Shown here: one piece after another, positions 38,985-54,513 of the stretch
Position numbering within the stretch: the first letter of the stretch is position 1
How the letters are laid out: every line of letters begins with the position of its first letter
From: Octopus sinensis
Lineage: Eukaryota
Reading direction: 5' to 3'
DNA: 64,000 nt
NCBI RefSeq assembly: GCF_006345805.1
Contig: NC_043007.1
Location: 11,966,001-12,030,000, forward strand
The notes under the pieces: model-generated
What the model was told of the DNA's origin: nothing
The model's database searches: none
What the model saw: the letters and a program-made list of their open reading frames with translations, nothing else
Program-made: the position numbers and the translations under genes

Positions 38985-39945
38985 ATCTTCATCATCTTTT
39001 AACGTCCGCTTTCTATGCTGGCATGAGTTGGATGGTTTGACTGAGGACTGCAGCCACATGGCTGCACCAGGCTCCAATCTGATCTGGCAGAGCTTCTACA
39101 GCTGGATGCCCTTCCTAATGCCAACCACTCTGAGAGTGTAGTGAGTGCTTTTAGTGTCACCGGCACAAGGGCCAATCAGGCAGTGCTGGCAACAACCATG
39201 TTCAAAAAGTGTTTTCTACGTGTCATCTGCACAGGAGCCAGTCCAGCGACACTGGCAAGGACCTCGCTCAATGTTGTCTTTTACATGCCACTGGCACAAG
39301 TGCCAGTAAAGCAACTCTGGTAATGATCATGCTCAAATGGTGCTTTTTACATGCCACTGGCAACTATCATTCACTTGGATGGTGCTCTTAGATCTGGTCA
39401 GTGGCCCTCAGCAGGTTGTCCCATAGAAACCTCCAGTTGTCTTCCACATCATGTGATGTTATATCCCCTTCTATTTTGTCAAAGGCTTTGAATAATACGT
39501 CACTAAATCTATGTCCATTCACAAGATCGTTAAGCTTCCAGACCCTTCTCCTCCATGCTGGTCATCTTCTGGGTGTCCACTTAGCCCTGATCCTAAAGTC
39601 ACTAACTACCAGTCCATGTTGTGGGGTACATTCTTCACATGGGAAGGTTTTGGCATTTATAAGCAGCCATCTTTCCCTTTTCCTGGCGAGGATGTAGTCA
39701 ATTTGGCTAGTGTGTGTGCCAGAATGGTAGGTGACTAGGTGACTGACAGGTTTCCTGAAGTTAGTATTGCAAACCATAAGATCATTTGCATCGCAGAACT
39801 CCTGCAGCCTGGTTCCCTCCTCATTGCAGGAACCAAAACCATAGCCTCCATGTACGCCAGGGAAGCCCCCTGCATGTTGTCCAACATGTCCATTGAAGTG
39901 ACCAGCCACAAAGAGAAGGTCCCTGTCATTCATCAACGGGGTAGT
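38985..39945 (-). mobile_element. RTE-clade LINE: APE endonuclease fragment joined to the RTE 3' UTR
   Basis: ORF 39562-39984 reads VAGHFNGHVG...GGYGFGSCNEEG...NTNFRK...SQIDYIL...PQHGLVVSDF (APE motifs). The 3' UTR repeat is at 38985-39395. Confidence 0.85.
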
Positions 39946-40487
39946 CTGCAAAGCACTTATTTCACATTGCTCCAGTCCACTCAACTGGCAAAAATGAGTA
40001 ACGCTGTGATGGACTGGTGACCCATCCAGCTGGGGAACACATACGCCATTGAAACTGGGAAACTGGACCCATGAGCCTGGCTAGGCTTTAAAAGGGCACA
40101 TTTATTTTTTTTATTTTTTACATGTGTCTGCAGAGTTCTCAGTTACTTGTATGCGAATTTCACAAGCAGGCTGTCCCATTGATCCGATCAACTGAAACCC
40201 TCGTCATGGTAAGCTACAGTGTTACCAGCAGTGGACAGTTTATCTGGTAACTGACCAGTAGTTGTACCACAGCTAAAATAAGCTTGCTGCAGGAACTTGC
40301 ACCACACAACTTTGGTAACAAAATTCGACAACTTCAAGAATCTGCTATCGCTGCTAACACATACATCTTTCACAGACACAAAAAAAAAACTGATTCACTT
40401 GGTGCTTTTTATATCTTTCCTGTTGTCATGCCCTGATCTTACACTGGTTACACACTCTTTTCTGTCATGGTAGCCTATTGTTACAAT

Positions 40488-40673
40488 CTTTTTCATACCT
40501 AATGTTTCAATTATTATTGGAAATAGTTTCACTTTCACATATCACATCCCACATATGTTAATTTCAAAATCTCTTTACTTTATCAGAGTTTTTTTACTAT
40601 TTCTGCTCATGCACAATTTTGATCAGAATAGATCAAGATATCTATTAGATTATAGACATTTTTGTTCCATCCA

Positions 40674-40752
<79 letters not shown>

Positions 40753-41982
40753 CTTCTTCTTCTTCTTCTTCTTCTTCTTCTTCTTCTTTTCTTCTTCTTT
40801 TTCTTCTTCTTCTTCTTCTTTTTCTCCTACTCCTCCGCCTCCCTCCTCCTCCTCATCATCATCATCCTCCTCCTTCTTCTCCTCCTCCTCCTCCCCCTCC
40901 TTCTTATTATTATTACTGTTGTTGTTGCTGCTATTACTCTTCTTCTTCTTCTTCTTCTTATTATTATTATTATTATTCTTATTATTATTATATTATTATT
41001 ATCATCATTATCATTTTATCTGAATAAATTGCTTGGATTTCATTATCAGTTCGAATGTTTCTCATGATTGTGGCCAGATTGTTATCGCGAATCATGTTTG
41101 ATATATGTTTATAAAACTAATTATCCATTGAAGTGTTGGCATATTACTCAGTGAACATAATTGCCAGCTTCACCCTTTTCATATTACACCTCCTGTGACC
41201 ACTCCTCATTCAATCATACAAAATTCCCGTTTTAAAGTGATCCAAATTAAAAAGCCTTCCATCGGAATCTCATGTTAATTTATATTCCAAACACCAGCTT
41301 AATAATGACAATGTTACTTCCCAAAATTCTTAATTATTTTCAAAATCAATTGAAACAAAGCCTGCATATTTCAAGAGGAATATGGTAACAAAAGGGTTAA
41401 TGATGTCTATGCTAAACTGCTTCCTTCTGTTGATTTGTGTTGCACTCGCTTGATCTTGGGTTTTTTTTTGTAATATTATGGTTTCATTTTTGCAATTATT
41501 TGTGACGAGGCATTGGTACTGCACATCTAAATAGAGATTTTCTGTTTCTGCTTTTAGCCCAGAGCATTTGAACTTCTGTTGTCTTTAACAGTGGCTTCTT
41601 TCTGTCAATCAAGCCTTGCAGGATATTGGCCATGGAGTGTTGTTTTGCATATTTTATTTTCAGATTTTCTTTAGTATATTTTGGAATTACTAGCATGATC
41701 AGTTTTGAAATGCCTCACAATTTACACAACTGCATCCAGTAATATAACACAACCCACGTAGCATATACTCTTTGTTAACCACCACACGACAGCTTTATGA
41801 AAGCATCAATAGGCATAGGAGTGGCTGTGTTGTAAGTAGCTTGCTTATGAACCACATGGTTCCGGGTTCAGTCCCACTGTATAGCACCTTGGGCAAGTGT
41901 CTTCTACTTTAGCATTGGGCCGACCAAAGCCTTTTGAGTGCATTTGGTAGATGGAAACTGAAAGAAGCCCATTGTATATATG

Positions 41983-42013
<31 letters not shown>

Positions 42014-42480
42014 GTTTCTGTGTCTGCGTTTGTCCCCCCCCAACATCACTTGACAACCGATGCTGGCATGTTTACGTCCCCGTAACTTAGCGGTTCCGCA
42101 AATGAGACTGATAGAATAAGTACTAGTCTTACAAAGAATAAGACCTGAGGTCAATTTGCTTGACTAAAAGGCGGTGCTCCAACATGGCCACAGTCAAGTG
42201 ACTGAAACAAGTAAAAGAGTAACTTCATCACCTGATGGACTTCTGTATTGCTGAAGTGTATTATGCAGTATTTTTTTAAATCTATAGAATTGCATTTTTA
42301 TGATACATTTTGGACAGGCATGGCTATTATTGTCAGAAGCTTCTTAAGAATGTGATCTCAGGTTCTGTCTCAGTGTTTGGCACCTTGGGCAATTTCCTCC
42401 TACTTTGGCCTCTGTGCAACTAAAGTTGTATGAGTGGATTTGGTTGATGGAAAGCGTAAAGAGCCTGTCATATGTGTGTG
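40488..42480 (-). repeat. Right arm of large inverted duplication (includes SINE A at 41812-42221)
   Basis: Reverse complement of 36178-38416, lacking the 37750-38138 SINE. Confidence 0.92.
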
Positions 42481-44572
42481 TCATATGTGTGTGTGTTTTG
42501 AAAAGCCTCACAATTTATACAACTGCATCCAGTAATATAACACAACCCACGTAGCATATACTCTTTCTTAACCACCACACGACAGCTTTATGAAAGCACC
42601 AGCTTCATCACCAGATTTTCCTCTGTGTTTCTGAAGTGAATTATCCTGTATGGTCTTTTAAATCTGTAGGACTGCATCTAGACGATACCTCTACTTTTCC
42701 TTATTGTAGGCTTAACCCTTTTATTACCATCCCGGCTGTCTCTGTCTCTGAGTACAAATGTCTTGTTTTCATGAGTTTTGAATTAAAATCTTCCACCAAA
42801 CCTTAGTCACAATTTATGTTCCTAACACTAGCTAAATGACAACTCAGTTATTTTACTAAATTCTTTCTTATATTTAAAGTAATTAAAAGAAACGCAGAGC
42901 ATCTCAAAATAAATACAGTAACAAAAGGGTTATACATTAATATTTTATTATTCTCACTTATCATTCGATTTTAAAGATTAATATAAAAACACGATCCAAA
43001 TAAACATCAGCTTTAAAGCTAGGTACCTCCAGATATAATACTGAACGCTTCTTGCTGATATTCCTACCATTATTCTGTGATCGTCAATTGCAGTTTATTT
43101 CTTGGAATTCGGTTTACCAATGCCATGAAAACTCCACATTTGCAGATGGAAGAATTTCTTGTGCACAACTTTCAAAGAATTCAGCAAATTTATGGCCCAG
43201 TTAGAATAGATTAGAATAGATTAAGCCAACAGTTGATTCCAATATTGGTAAATGTAATATTTATGGCCCACAGCTAACTTATTACATCAGCAAAGATCAA
43301 TTCTATTGAGACAATAAGAAGAAGTGGAAGAAGAAGAAGAAGAAGAAGAAGAAGAAGAAGAAGAAGAAGAAGAAAAGCCAAAAACCTATCTCTCTAAATC
43401 ATTAATCATCATCATCATCATCATCGTCATCATCATCATATCATCACCACCATTGTTGCCGTCATTGCCATCGCCATCACCATCATCATCATCATCATCA
43501 TTATCCTCATCATCATCATCACTACTATCATCATCATCATCACCACATCATCATCATCATCATCACCACATCATCATCATCATCACTGCATCATCATCCC
43601 CATCATTATCATCATCGTCATCATCATCACTACCATCATCATCATCGCCCTCTTCATCATCATCATCAGCAGCAGCAGCATCACCACCATCATCATAACC
43701 ATCAGCATTGTCATCATCATCATCATCACCAGCCTCTTCATCATCAGCAGCAGGAGCAGCAGCAGCAGCACAATCATCATCATTATCGTCATCATTGCCA
43801 TTATTAATCATCATCCCCCATCATTGTCATCTGCAGTGCTCTCATCATCATCATAACTGTCATTGTCTACCATCGTTATCACCGTTACCAGTGCGTTCAT
43901 CATCATCATCATCACCATCCTCATCCTCCTCCTCCTCCTCATCATCATCATCATCATCTCTATTGTTCTTACACCAACAGCCAGAATCATGGTGCCAAAC
44001 AGTTGCCGTTCTTCGCTTTTAACAATCTCTGCTCCTCTCCCCTTCTCCCTGCCTCCCATTGTCTGATTATACTAAATAGAAAAATGGATGAATTATTTAT
44101 TCTAATTAATAAAACAAGTTAATTTGACAATATTGTAATTCATGATTGGTTAAATCATGCAAATTTTTCTCATGGTATTTGTTCAGAAATACAACCAAAC
44201 AAAGCCAGAAATTGCAAAAGAATCTTGAAAACTTGCTTCTTTCGTTTGTACATTAGAATTCTATAAAATAAGGAAAAAAAAAAAGAGATGAAAGTAGAAA
44301 CATAATGGTGTTGGTGGTGGTGGTGGTGGTTGTGGTGGCAGTGATGGAATGCTTGGGGTCGCGGCAGTAGTGGCAACAACAGTTGTAGCAGCAGTGGCAG
44401 CAGTTGTGGTGGTGGTGGTGGTGGTCATGGTACTAGTGATGGTAGTAATGGTGGTTGTAGTAGTAGTTGTAGTGACAGTGGTTAGTGATGACGATGATAA
44501 TGATGACGACAACAATAAATAATGAAAATAGTAATAATAATGATGATGATGATGATAATGATAATAATAATG

Positions 44573-44607
<35 letters not shown>

Positions 44608-44658
44608 CAACAATAATAATAATAATAATAATTAACAATAATAATAATAATAATTAAC

Positions 44659-44690
<32 letters not shown>

Positions 44691-44691
44691 T

Positions 44692-44937
44692 AAACAACCC
44701 TTATTCAAAGACCATTTGAGCCAGGTGGGCTACTCAACCAGAAGAAAATTCTAACTGGGCCCCACCTGCAAGGTCATGTGCTGTTTATCTTGATATGAGA
44801 TCACCATGTCATGCACGTATGGTTGCAATGAATGTGCCTGGTGTACCCTTATCAGACAGGTAGTCATGATGGGTATATATTGGGTTTCAAATATCTGTAC
44901 CCCAGTGTCACTTTGACTGCATGTATTAGTCTCTCAT

Positions 44938-44982
<45 letters not shown>

Positions 44983-45278
44983 GTGATGTTAATGATGATA
45001 ATAATGATAATAATGATGATGATGATAGTAAACAACCCTTATTCAAGGACCATTTGTGCAGGGTGGGCTACTCGACCTGAAGAAAATTCTAACTGGGCCC
45101 CACCTGCAAGGTCATGTGCTGTTTATCTTGATATAAGATCACCATGTCATGCACATATGTTTGCAATGCATGTGCCTGGTGTACCCTTATCAGACGGGTA
45201 GTCATGATGGGTATATATTGGGTTTCATATATTTGTACCCCAGTGTCACTTTGATTGCATGCACTGCTCTCTCACTCA
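44692..45278 (+). repeat. Tandem pair of family D 3' halves separated by (AAT)n
   Basis: Both start AAACAACCCTTATTCAA and end CTCTCA.T.AATAATAAT. Confidence 0.8.
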
Positions 45279-45498
45279 ATAATAATAATAATAATGGTAA
45301 TAACAACAACACAACAACAATAATAATAATAATGCTGATGATAATAATAATAATGATGATAATGATGATGATGATGATAATAGTGATGATGATGGTTGTG
45401 GTTGTGGTGGTAACAGTGGTGGTGATGGAAGTGGTCGTAATGGTGATGACAACAAAGATGATGATTATGATGATGATGATGATGCTGATGATAATAAC

Positions 45499-45530
<32 letters not shown>

Positions 45531-45596
45531 GGTGGTGGTGGTGGTGGTGGCGGCGGTGGTGGCGGTGGCGGTGGTGGCGGCGGCGGCGGCGGCATT

Positions 45597-46572
45597 AATA
45601 AATTAATTGCAAAGACAAACGCATATGAAAAATGAGCTAGCAGATGGGAACAGAAACCTCTGCATAGCAAGTATGTGGCTCGTAGCAAACAAGCTGATGT
45701 CGACCAGAAACACACACATCAATGGTTACGAAGCTCAGGGCTAAAAGCAGAGAGTGAAAGTTTCATATTAACTGCTCAAGACCAAAGCTTATTAACCCGT
45801 AACTACCACGCCAGTGTGATAAAAAATGGAGCTGACCCAAAATGCCAATTCTGTTACGGTGAGATTGAAACTATAGACCACCTAATCTCAAGGTGTAGAG
45901 TCTTAGCACCTATAGAATATAAAGCAAAACATGACAGAGGCGGCCAGTATTTACACTGGACAATATGTCGGTATTATAAAATGAAAACTGCTGACAAATA
46001 GTATAAATACCATCCTGAAGCTGTGACTGAGGGAGAAAATGTATCAATTCTCTGGGACTTCTCCATGCATACCAACAAAACTATAAAAGCTAATAAACCG
46101 GATATTATTATAAAAGATCAGACAAAAAAGGTGTGTTTATTAATTGACATGAGTATTCTTTGCGATCACAATATAGCAGCAAAAGAATTTGACAAGATCA
46201 GTAAATATAAAGACTTGCTAATAGAAACTGAAAAAATGTGGCATCTCAAGGCGACTACAGTACCAGTGATTGTAGGATCTTTAGGAACGATAAAAAAAGG
46301 TACTGAAACCTATTTGAAAATGATACCAGGCTTACCATCCCTACAGGAAGTGCAAAAACTCGTGTTAACTGGAATGACTCATGTACTGAGAAGAGCATTA
46401 TCGGTGTGAAAACAACATCCATTCATGAATTTATTTATTCATTAATTTTTTTAAATGCATATTTTACCTGTGAATTTGCATGTGTAATCTGGGAATGCAT
46501 ATAATGAGCTTCTCTGCCCTAGGTGTACGGAAAACACTTGGCGAGAAATGGAAGAAAATTTGAAGAAAGAAT
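45597..46572 (+). mobile_element. R4/Dong-clade LINE 3' portion (CCHC zinc knuckle, PD-(D/E)xK endonuclease, 3' UTR)
   Basis: ORFs 45675-46001 (GLKAESESFILTAQDQ, CQFC...ETIDHLISRC, KHD) and 46023-46409 (LWDF, NKPDIII, LIDMS, VPVIVGSLG) are in the same frame with one internal stop. It ends in (AAT)n. Confidence 0.92.
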
Positions 46573-46601
46573 AAAATAATAATAATAATAATAATAACAA
46601 C

Positions 46602-46640
<39 letters not shown>

Positions 46641-46837
46641 CTTTTCTACTCTAGGCACAAGGCCCGAAATTTGTGGGGAGGGGGCCAGTCGATTAGATCA
46701 ACCTCAGTACGCAACTGGTACTTAATTTTTATCGACCCCGAAAGGATGAAAGGCAAAGTTGACCTCGGCAGAATAATGATGATGATGGTTTCATTTATTT
46801 GCTAAAGGGCAAGAAATAGAAACAAAATTGAAAGAAG

Positions 46838-46883
<46 letters not shown>

Positions 46884-46884
46884 C

Positions 46885-47230
46885 AACAACGTTTCTCTAA
46901 AAGAAATGGATAAACTTTCAAAATACAAAGACCTGGAAATAGAGGTAACTCGAATGTGGAATCTAAAAACAGAAACAATTCCTATCATAGTGGGCGCATT
47001 AGGTATGATAAAAAAAATATTCAGACAAATACATAACAAAACCACCAGGACTTACAAATATATATAACATACAGAAAATTGCACTACTGGGCACTGCACA
47101 CATCCTATGCAGAACACTTTCAATACAGTAACCATCAGAGCATCACAGCAAACCACAGCACATACCCAAGGCACACAGAACTGCGCTCGGTAGTGAAGTG
47201 AAAGCACACTATAAAAATAAAACTACTGAA
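46885..47230 (+). mobile_element. R4/Dong-clade LINE 3' fragment
   Basis: NVSLKEMDKLSKYKDLEIEVTRMWNLKTETIPIIVGALG...IQKIALLGTAHIL; flanked by (AAT)n. Confidence 0.85.
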
Positions 47231-47259
47231 TAATAATAATAATGATAATAATAATAATG

Positions 47260-47291
<32 letters not shown>

Positions 47292-48409
47292 TAATAATAA
47301 TAATAATAATAATGATGACAACGATGACGCATTCACTGCTGAGCAGCAGATATGGTTTTTGGTATCATTAATCAATAAGGGGCAACACAAGTTTGAACTC
47401 AGCAATCTGATATACAAGAATTAAGGAATAGTCATAGTAAATTGCTGTGGGATTGGAATGTACTGCTTTGCATCATTACAGCTAGACTTGTTTCTAGAAT
47501 ACAACATTTAATTTTGAATATTTCATCAAGCCACTGAAGATATAAATGAAATATGCAGAGCAAAGCAAAGAAAGGAAAAAACAACTAAAAACAAACGTAT
47601 AAAAATAAGCAATAAAACATGTAGAAATCTAGATTATTAAAAGAAGATTTATTCAGACTATATATAATAAAGAATTTTTCAATAACAGCACATATCCTTC
47701 AGCTATTAATTTGCAGAGCAGTTCAGAGCTGTTGGCCTCCAATAAATTATTCCAGCCTCATTCTATGAATTATAGATGCTTAAACAAGTCCTTTAGAGAC
47801 CACGCAACAATCTTTTCTTTTACAAACCATCATTTCACACTGTTAAATCTTTACTTCATCAAAATTTAGTATATTCCCCAAAGCTTAGAGAAGTTAAGTA
47901 TTTTTATTCACATCTACATGCTAGATTTTTCACCACTTTCCATATATTTGGTAAACGTATAAAATTACTGTTGTTTCTTTAAAAGTAATGTTATATAAGT
48001 TATTTTTCTTACTAGAAATAGATAAACAATTTAATTTGAACCAGCCTAAAAATATTTTATCAGAAAATATTTAGAGAACTGAACTGAAAAAGACAAATCA
48101 TAGCTGTTACGATACTGTTGGCACAAAAACTATAATTTTAGGTTTGAGGTGAGTGCAATACTAGTCAAAAGTACAAATATGGATTTTTTTAAGAATAGCT
48201 GTGTGGTTAAGAAGCCAGCTTTGCAACCACGTGGTTTCAGGTTCAGTTTCATTGTGTGGCTTCTAGACCAAGCACCTTATAATATAAACCATATATATTT
48301 CTTTATTGCCCACAAGGGGCTAAACATAGAGGGGACAAACAAGGACAGACAAAGGAATTAAGTCGATTACTTCAACCCCAGTGCGCAACTGGTACTTTAT
48401 TTATCGACC

Positions 48410-49280
48410 CCGAGTTTCTACAGATGGATGCCCTTCCTAATGCCAACCACTCCGAGAGTATAGTGGGTCCTTTTATGTGCCACCAGCACGAGGGCCAGTC
48501 AGGTAGTACTGGCAATGGCCATGCTCAAATGGTGCTTTTATGTACCACCTGCACAGCCAGTCCAGCAGCATTGGCAATGATTTTGCTCAAATGTTTTTTC
48601 ACGTGCCACCAGCACAAGTGCCAGTAAGGCAACGCAGGTAATGATCATGCTTGAATGGTGCTTTTTATGTGTCACCAGCATGGAGGCCAGTTTGTTGCTC
48701 TGGCAATGATCACGCTTGTATTGTACTCTTAGCACTCTGGATGTTAAAAAAATAAAAAATAAAGGGTTAGCTAGGTTAAATTTTATTTGTGAAATACTGT
48801 TTTGAATTTGCTGCAGAAAATGGTTTGTGTCTGTGATGGTGAGTGGGGGGGGCACTAGGAATGTGGCCTTAGCCCCAAGGGGGCAGAAGCCTGAAAAAGT
48901 TTGGGAACCACTGATCTATTGCATAAGCCAGTGGTGTAGCTAGGATCAGGGGCAATGGTGGGACAAGTCCTAGCCAGGTGGCACTTTTGTGGAGGTGGGA
49001 CTTATGGGTCTATGAATAAACCTGTATAGGGACTTACTGGCACGTGAAAAACAACATTTGAGCAAGGTCATTGCCAGTGCCGCTGGACTGGCTCCTGTGC
49101 AGGTGGCATGTAAAAGCACCCACTGCACTCTTGGAGTGGTTAGCATTAGAAAGGGCATCCAGCTGTTGAAACTCTGCCAGATCACGACTGGAACCTGGTG
49201 CAGCCTTCTGGCTCGCCAGTCCTCAGTCAAACCGTCCAACCCATGCCAGCATGGAAAGCAGACGTTAAACGATGAGGAGG
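48410..49280. mobile_element. Two oppositely oriented RTE 3' UTR repeats with hAT-like MITE ends between them
   Basis: RTE tail on minus at 48410-48740 and on plus at 49035-49280. GTTTGGGAACCACTG (48899-48913) resembles a hAT/Charlie MITE end. Confidence 0.6.
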
Positions 49281-49522
49281 AGGAGGAGGAATTAATATGC
49301 AGGTCCACTCCAGTGAAATAGGAATCAAAGGGGTCCATAGATCAAAAACAGTTGAGAACCATTGGTCAAGCTGCTGTTGTACAGACAGATATTTTAAACT
49401 GTAGCCATTCATCAACCCCCTCAAGTCTCTGCCCCACAGACGTCTGTCTCCTCTCACTTGCCTTTTCCACCACTAACACTACAGTAGCCTCTGTTTGTTA
49501 GATGTCAGACGTTTTTGGCACT

Positions 49523-49931
49523 CTCTTACTCTTTTACTTGTTTCAGTCATTTGACTGCGACCATGCTGGAGCACCACCTTTAGTCGAGCTAATCGACCCC
49601 AGGACTTATTCTTTGTAAGCCCAGTACTTATTCTATCGGTCTATTTTGCCGAACCGCTAAGTAACGGGGAGGTAAACACACCAGCATCGGTTGTCAAGCA
49701 ATGCTAGGGGGACAAACACAGATACACAAACACACACACACATACATATATATATATACATATATATACGACAGGCTTCTTTCAGTTTCCGTCTACCAAA
49801 TCCACTCACAAGGCATTGGTCGGCCCGGGGCTATAGCAGAAGACACTTACCCAAGATGCCACGCAGTGGGACTGAACCCGCAACCATGTGGTTGGTTAGC
49901 AAGCTACTTACCACACAGCCACTCCTGCGCC
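49523..49931 (-). mobile_element. SINE family A (well conserved)
   Basis: Full head-to-tail match to family A. Confidence 0.88.
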
Positions 49932-50249
49932 TATGTTGTTTTAGTACTACCGCTTTGGTTCGATGCTGATTTGTTTGACATCAAATTCTGTGATGTTTCT
50001 CTCTACACACTCTCCCTTTTTCTCTCTCTACATATATATATATACACCTATGTTTATGTGTGTGAATATTTAGTTATGTTTGTATGTATAATATCACTAT
50101 CTTTTCCTCTTTCTCTCTTCCTCTCTCACTCTATCTGTACATGTATATTTCTACACATGCATGCATGCACATGTGTGTGTGTTTGTGTGTGTTTACCTTC
50201 AATGCTACATACACACACACACACACACACGCACACACACACACACATG

Positions 50250-50280
<31 letters not shown>

Positions 50281-50293
50281 TTGTGTGTGTGTG

Positions 50294-51839
<1,546 letters not shown>

Positions 51840-51892
51840 CATACATACATATATACTTATACACTCACACACACACACACACATATATATAT

Positions 51893-53511
51893 ATCGAGTC
51901 ATCCCATAAGTTCTGTCCGAATTTTGAATAAAGAAAACAAATTATCAAATGTTATATTTAATTGAAATTTAATCATCAATGTACTTTCGCTGATTATCTA
52001 TGACTTCCTTCCATCTATTTACAAGCTTTTTAATCCCATCAATGTAAAACTCTTGGTTTCAAAGTGAAGAACACTGAAATGTCAGTTTTGACCTCCTCCT
52101 GGCTTGTGAAAGTTATGTCTCCCAAATGATTCAGTAAACTATGAAACAAATGGTAGTCTGAAGGAGCAAGGTCGGGAGAATAAAGTGGATCAGGAATTTT
52201 TTCCCAACCAAGCTCTTCAATCTTCTGTGATGTGATCTTTGCAGTGTGGGGTCAAGCATTGTCCTGATGAAACATCACTCCTTTTTGATTCACTAGAGCA
52301 GGTCTTTTTTTTCTTCAAAGCTTGGTTCAAATGCTCTAATTTCTGACAGTAGACTTGAGCATTGATTGTTGCATTAGGTGGTAACAATTAAAAGTGAATT
52401 ACTCCTTTGTAATCCCACCAGATAGAGAGAAGAACCTTTTTCCCATGAAGTTCCCTTCTCGATTGTGGTTGAGCTTTTCCCCTTTTACCAAGCCATTGTT
52501 TACAACATTTAACATTTCGATAGAAGACCCATTTTTCTTCACCAGTCACAAGTCTATCCAAAAAGGGTGAAATGAGTTCACGAGAATGGAGAAAAGAGCA
52601 GATGTCAACTCAGGATTTGTGGTTGCTTTCGGACAATTCACGAGGCACCCATTTTTCAAGTTTAGGAACCTTTCCAAATTGTTGAAAATGATGATGAACA
52701 GTTGTCGTTTTTCTTCTAGCACTGACTTAAGCTGCTCAAGCTGCTCACAGTAGATCTCCTTTGTTATCATTTGGCTTGGGTTTAAAAGTTCAAAGTGGAC
52801 TAAACCTTTCATATCCCAGCAAAATATGACAACACCTGGGATGCCAGTGTTTCTCCTTTCTCCACCTACTGTCTTCATCACTTGGCATTTTTATAGAGAA
52901 TCTATTTCTCATCACCAGTCACTATTCAGTCCAAAAAAGATTTATTCATGAGATGTGACAGCAAAGGAGAACACACATTCACTCTCTGAATGCGATTAGA
53001 CTTGGAAAATTTGTGAGGAACCCATTGACCCAATTTTCTGGCTTTTCCAATGACACACAGGTCCCGAATGGCTGAATGACCAAATCCAAGCTTCTCTACT
53101 AGTTCCTCAACAGTTATGATGGGATTTTGTTCCACCAGGGTTTTTGCAGAACATCCTCATTGAGCTCTACAGATCTCCCAGGGGCTTCATCTTCTAGGCT
53201 GTGGTTTCCGGCTCAGAATTTCTGGAACCACAGCTGAGACTGGCTTACGCTTATTATCCAATTGCCATATACTGCATGAATATTCCTCGCACTTTTCATT
53301 GCATTGTTGCCTTTAATGAACTCATAAAGCAAAATATGCTGAATATGCTCCTTTGTTACTTCTATGATAGCTTTGAAAAAATAAATGTTAAAATTTCACT
53401 AAAACTTTCACTAAGAATAAGGACAAAGTTGATGCAGGTAGTTTATCCCATCCCCCTCTGACTTTTAGTTCATTGAATTGAAAAACCGCATTATTTTGGG
53501 GATAATCCAAT
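51893..53511 (-). mobile_element. Two abutting decayed mariner relics (junction ~52690) plus a TIR remnant at 53480-53511
   Basis: First relic: KWVPRELS, LVTGEEKWV, YSPDLAPSDYHLF. Second relic: GQWVPHKFS, WDMKGLVHFELL...YCEQL. Confidence 0.8.
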
Positions 53512-54155
53512 ATATATATATATATATATATATGTCGGTGGCACATAAAAAACACCATCCGAGCGTGGCCGTTCACCAGCCTCGTCTGGCACCTGTGTCG
53601 GTGGCACATAAAATCACCCACTACACTCTCGGAGTGGTTGGCGTTAGGAAGGGCATCCAGCTGTAAAAACACTGCCAGATCTGACTGGTCTGGTGCAGCC
53701 TTCGGGCTCCCCAGACCCCAGTTGAACCGTCCAACCCATGCTAGCATGGAAAGCGAACGTTAAACGATGATGATGATATATATATATATTATATGTGTGT
53801 GTGTGTGTATGCTGTTGGTGTATTGGTAGCACATCTATCGGTATGGTAGAAAGAGTGGGATTGATTCCCATAGTCTCTACAGTCCAACTTTCTTGTTTCA
53901 AGGCAGTGCCCCAGCATGGCCACAATCAACTTATTACTGCAAGTAACTACATCAGACTAAACTAAATAGTACAAAGAACTAATTCCAGAAAGGACATATA
54001 TCATCATCATCATCATATACACCATTACCAACATCATCATCATCTTCCCCATCACTACAATTGCCACCACCACCACTACCACTATCCTCATCATCATCAT
54101 CATCATTATCATGTATACCATTACCAACATCATCTTCACCATCACTACAATTGCC

Positions 54156-54189
<34 letters not shown>

Positions 54190-54513
54190 TCATCATTACC
54201 AACAACATCATCATCATCATTTTCACCATTACTACCACCACCACCACCACCCTCATCACCATCACCACATATTGTCCATTTTCCATGCTAGCATGGGTTG
54301 GACAGTTTGACAGAAACTGGCCAGCCAGAGAGTTGCAATTGGTTTCTATGGCTGGATGCCCTTCCTAACACCAACCACTTTACAGAGTGTACTGGGTGCT
54401 TTATACATGGCACCAGCACAGGTGAATTTTATTTGGCACCGGCATGGTGCATCTTACCCGACACTAGTGCAGGTGCATTTTACAATGGCTTGTTTCACTT
54501 TCAGTTTACCATA

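Noticed and set aside
42495-42600. Cys-rich CXC-like reading (GLCYITGCSCINCE) on the minus strand
   Set aside because: It is short and stop-bounded. Neighbouring frames (GAF...ERVY; LHGQY...GLKAETE in the arms) fit a decayed Dong RT region better.
45675-46409. Possible functional nuclease or zinc-finger host gene
   Set aside because: A 5'-truncated Dong LINE end with an in-frame stop; a near-identical fragment lies at 32595-33125.
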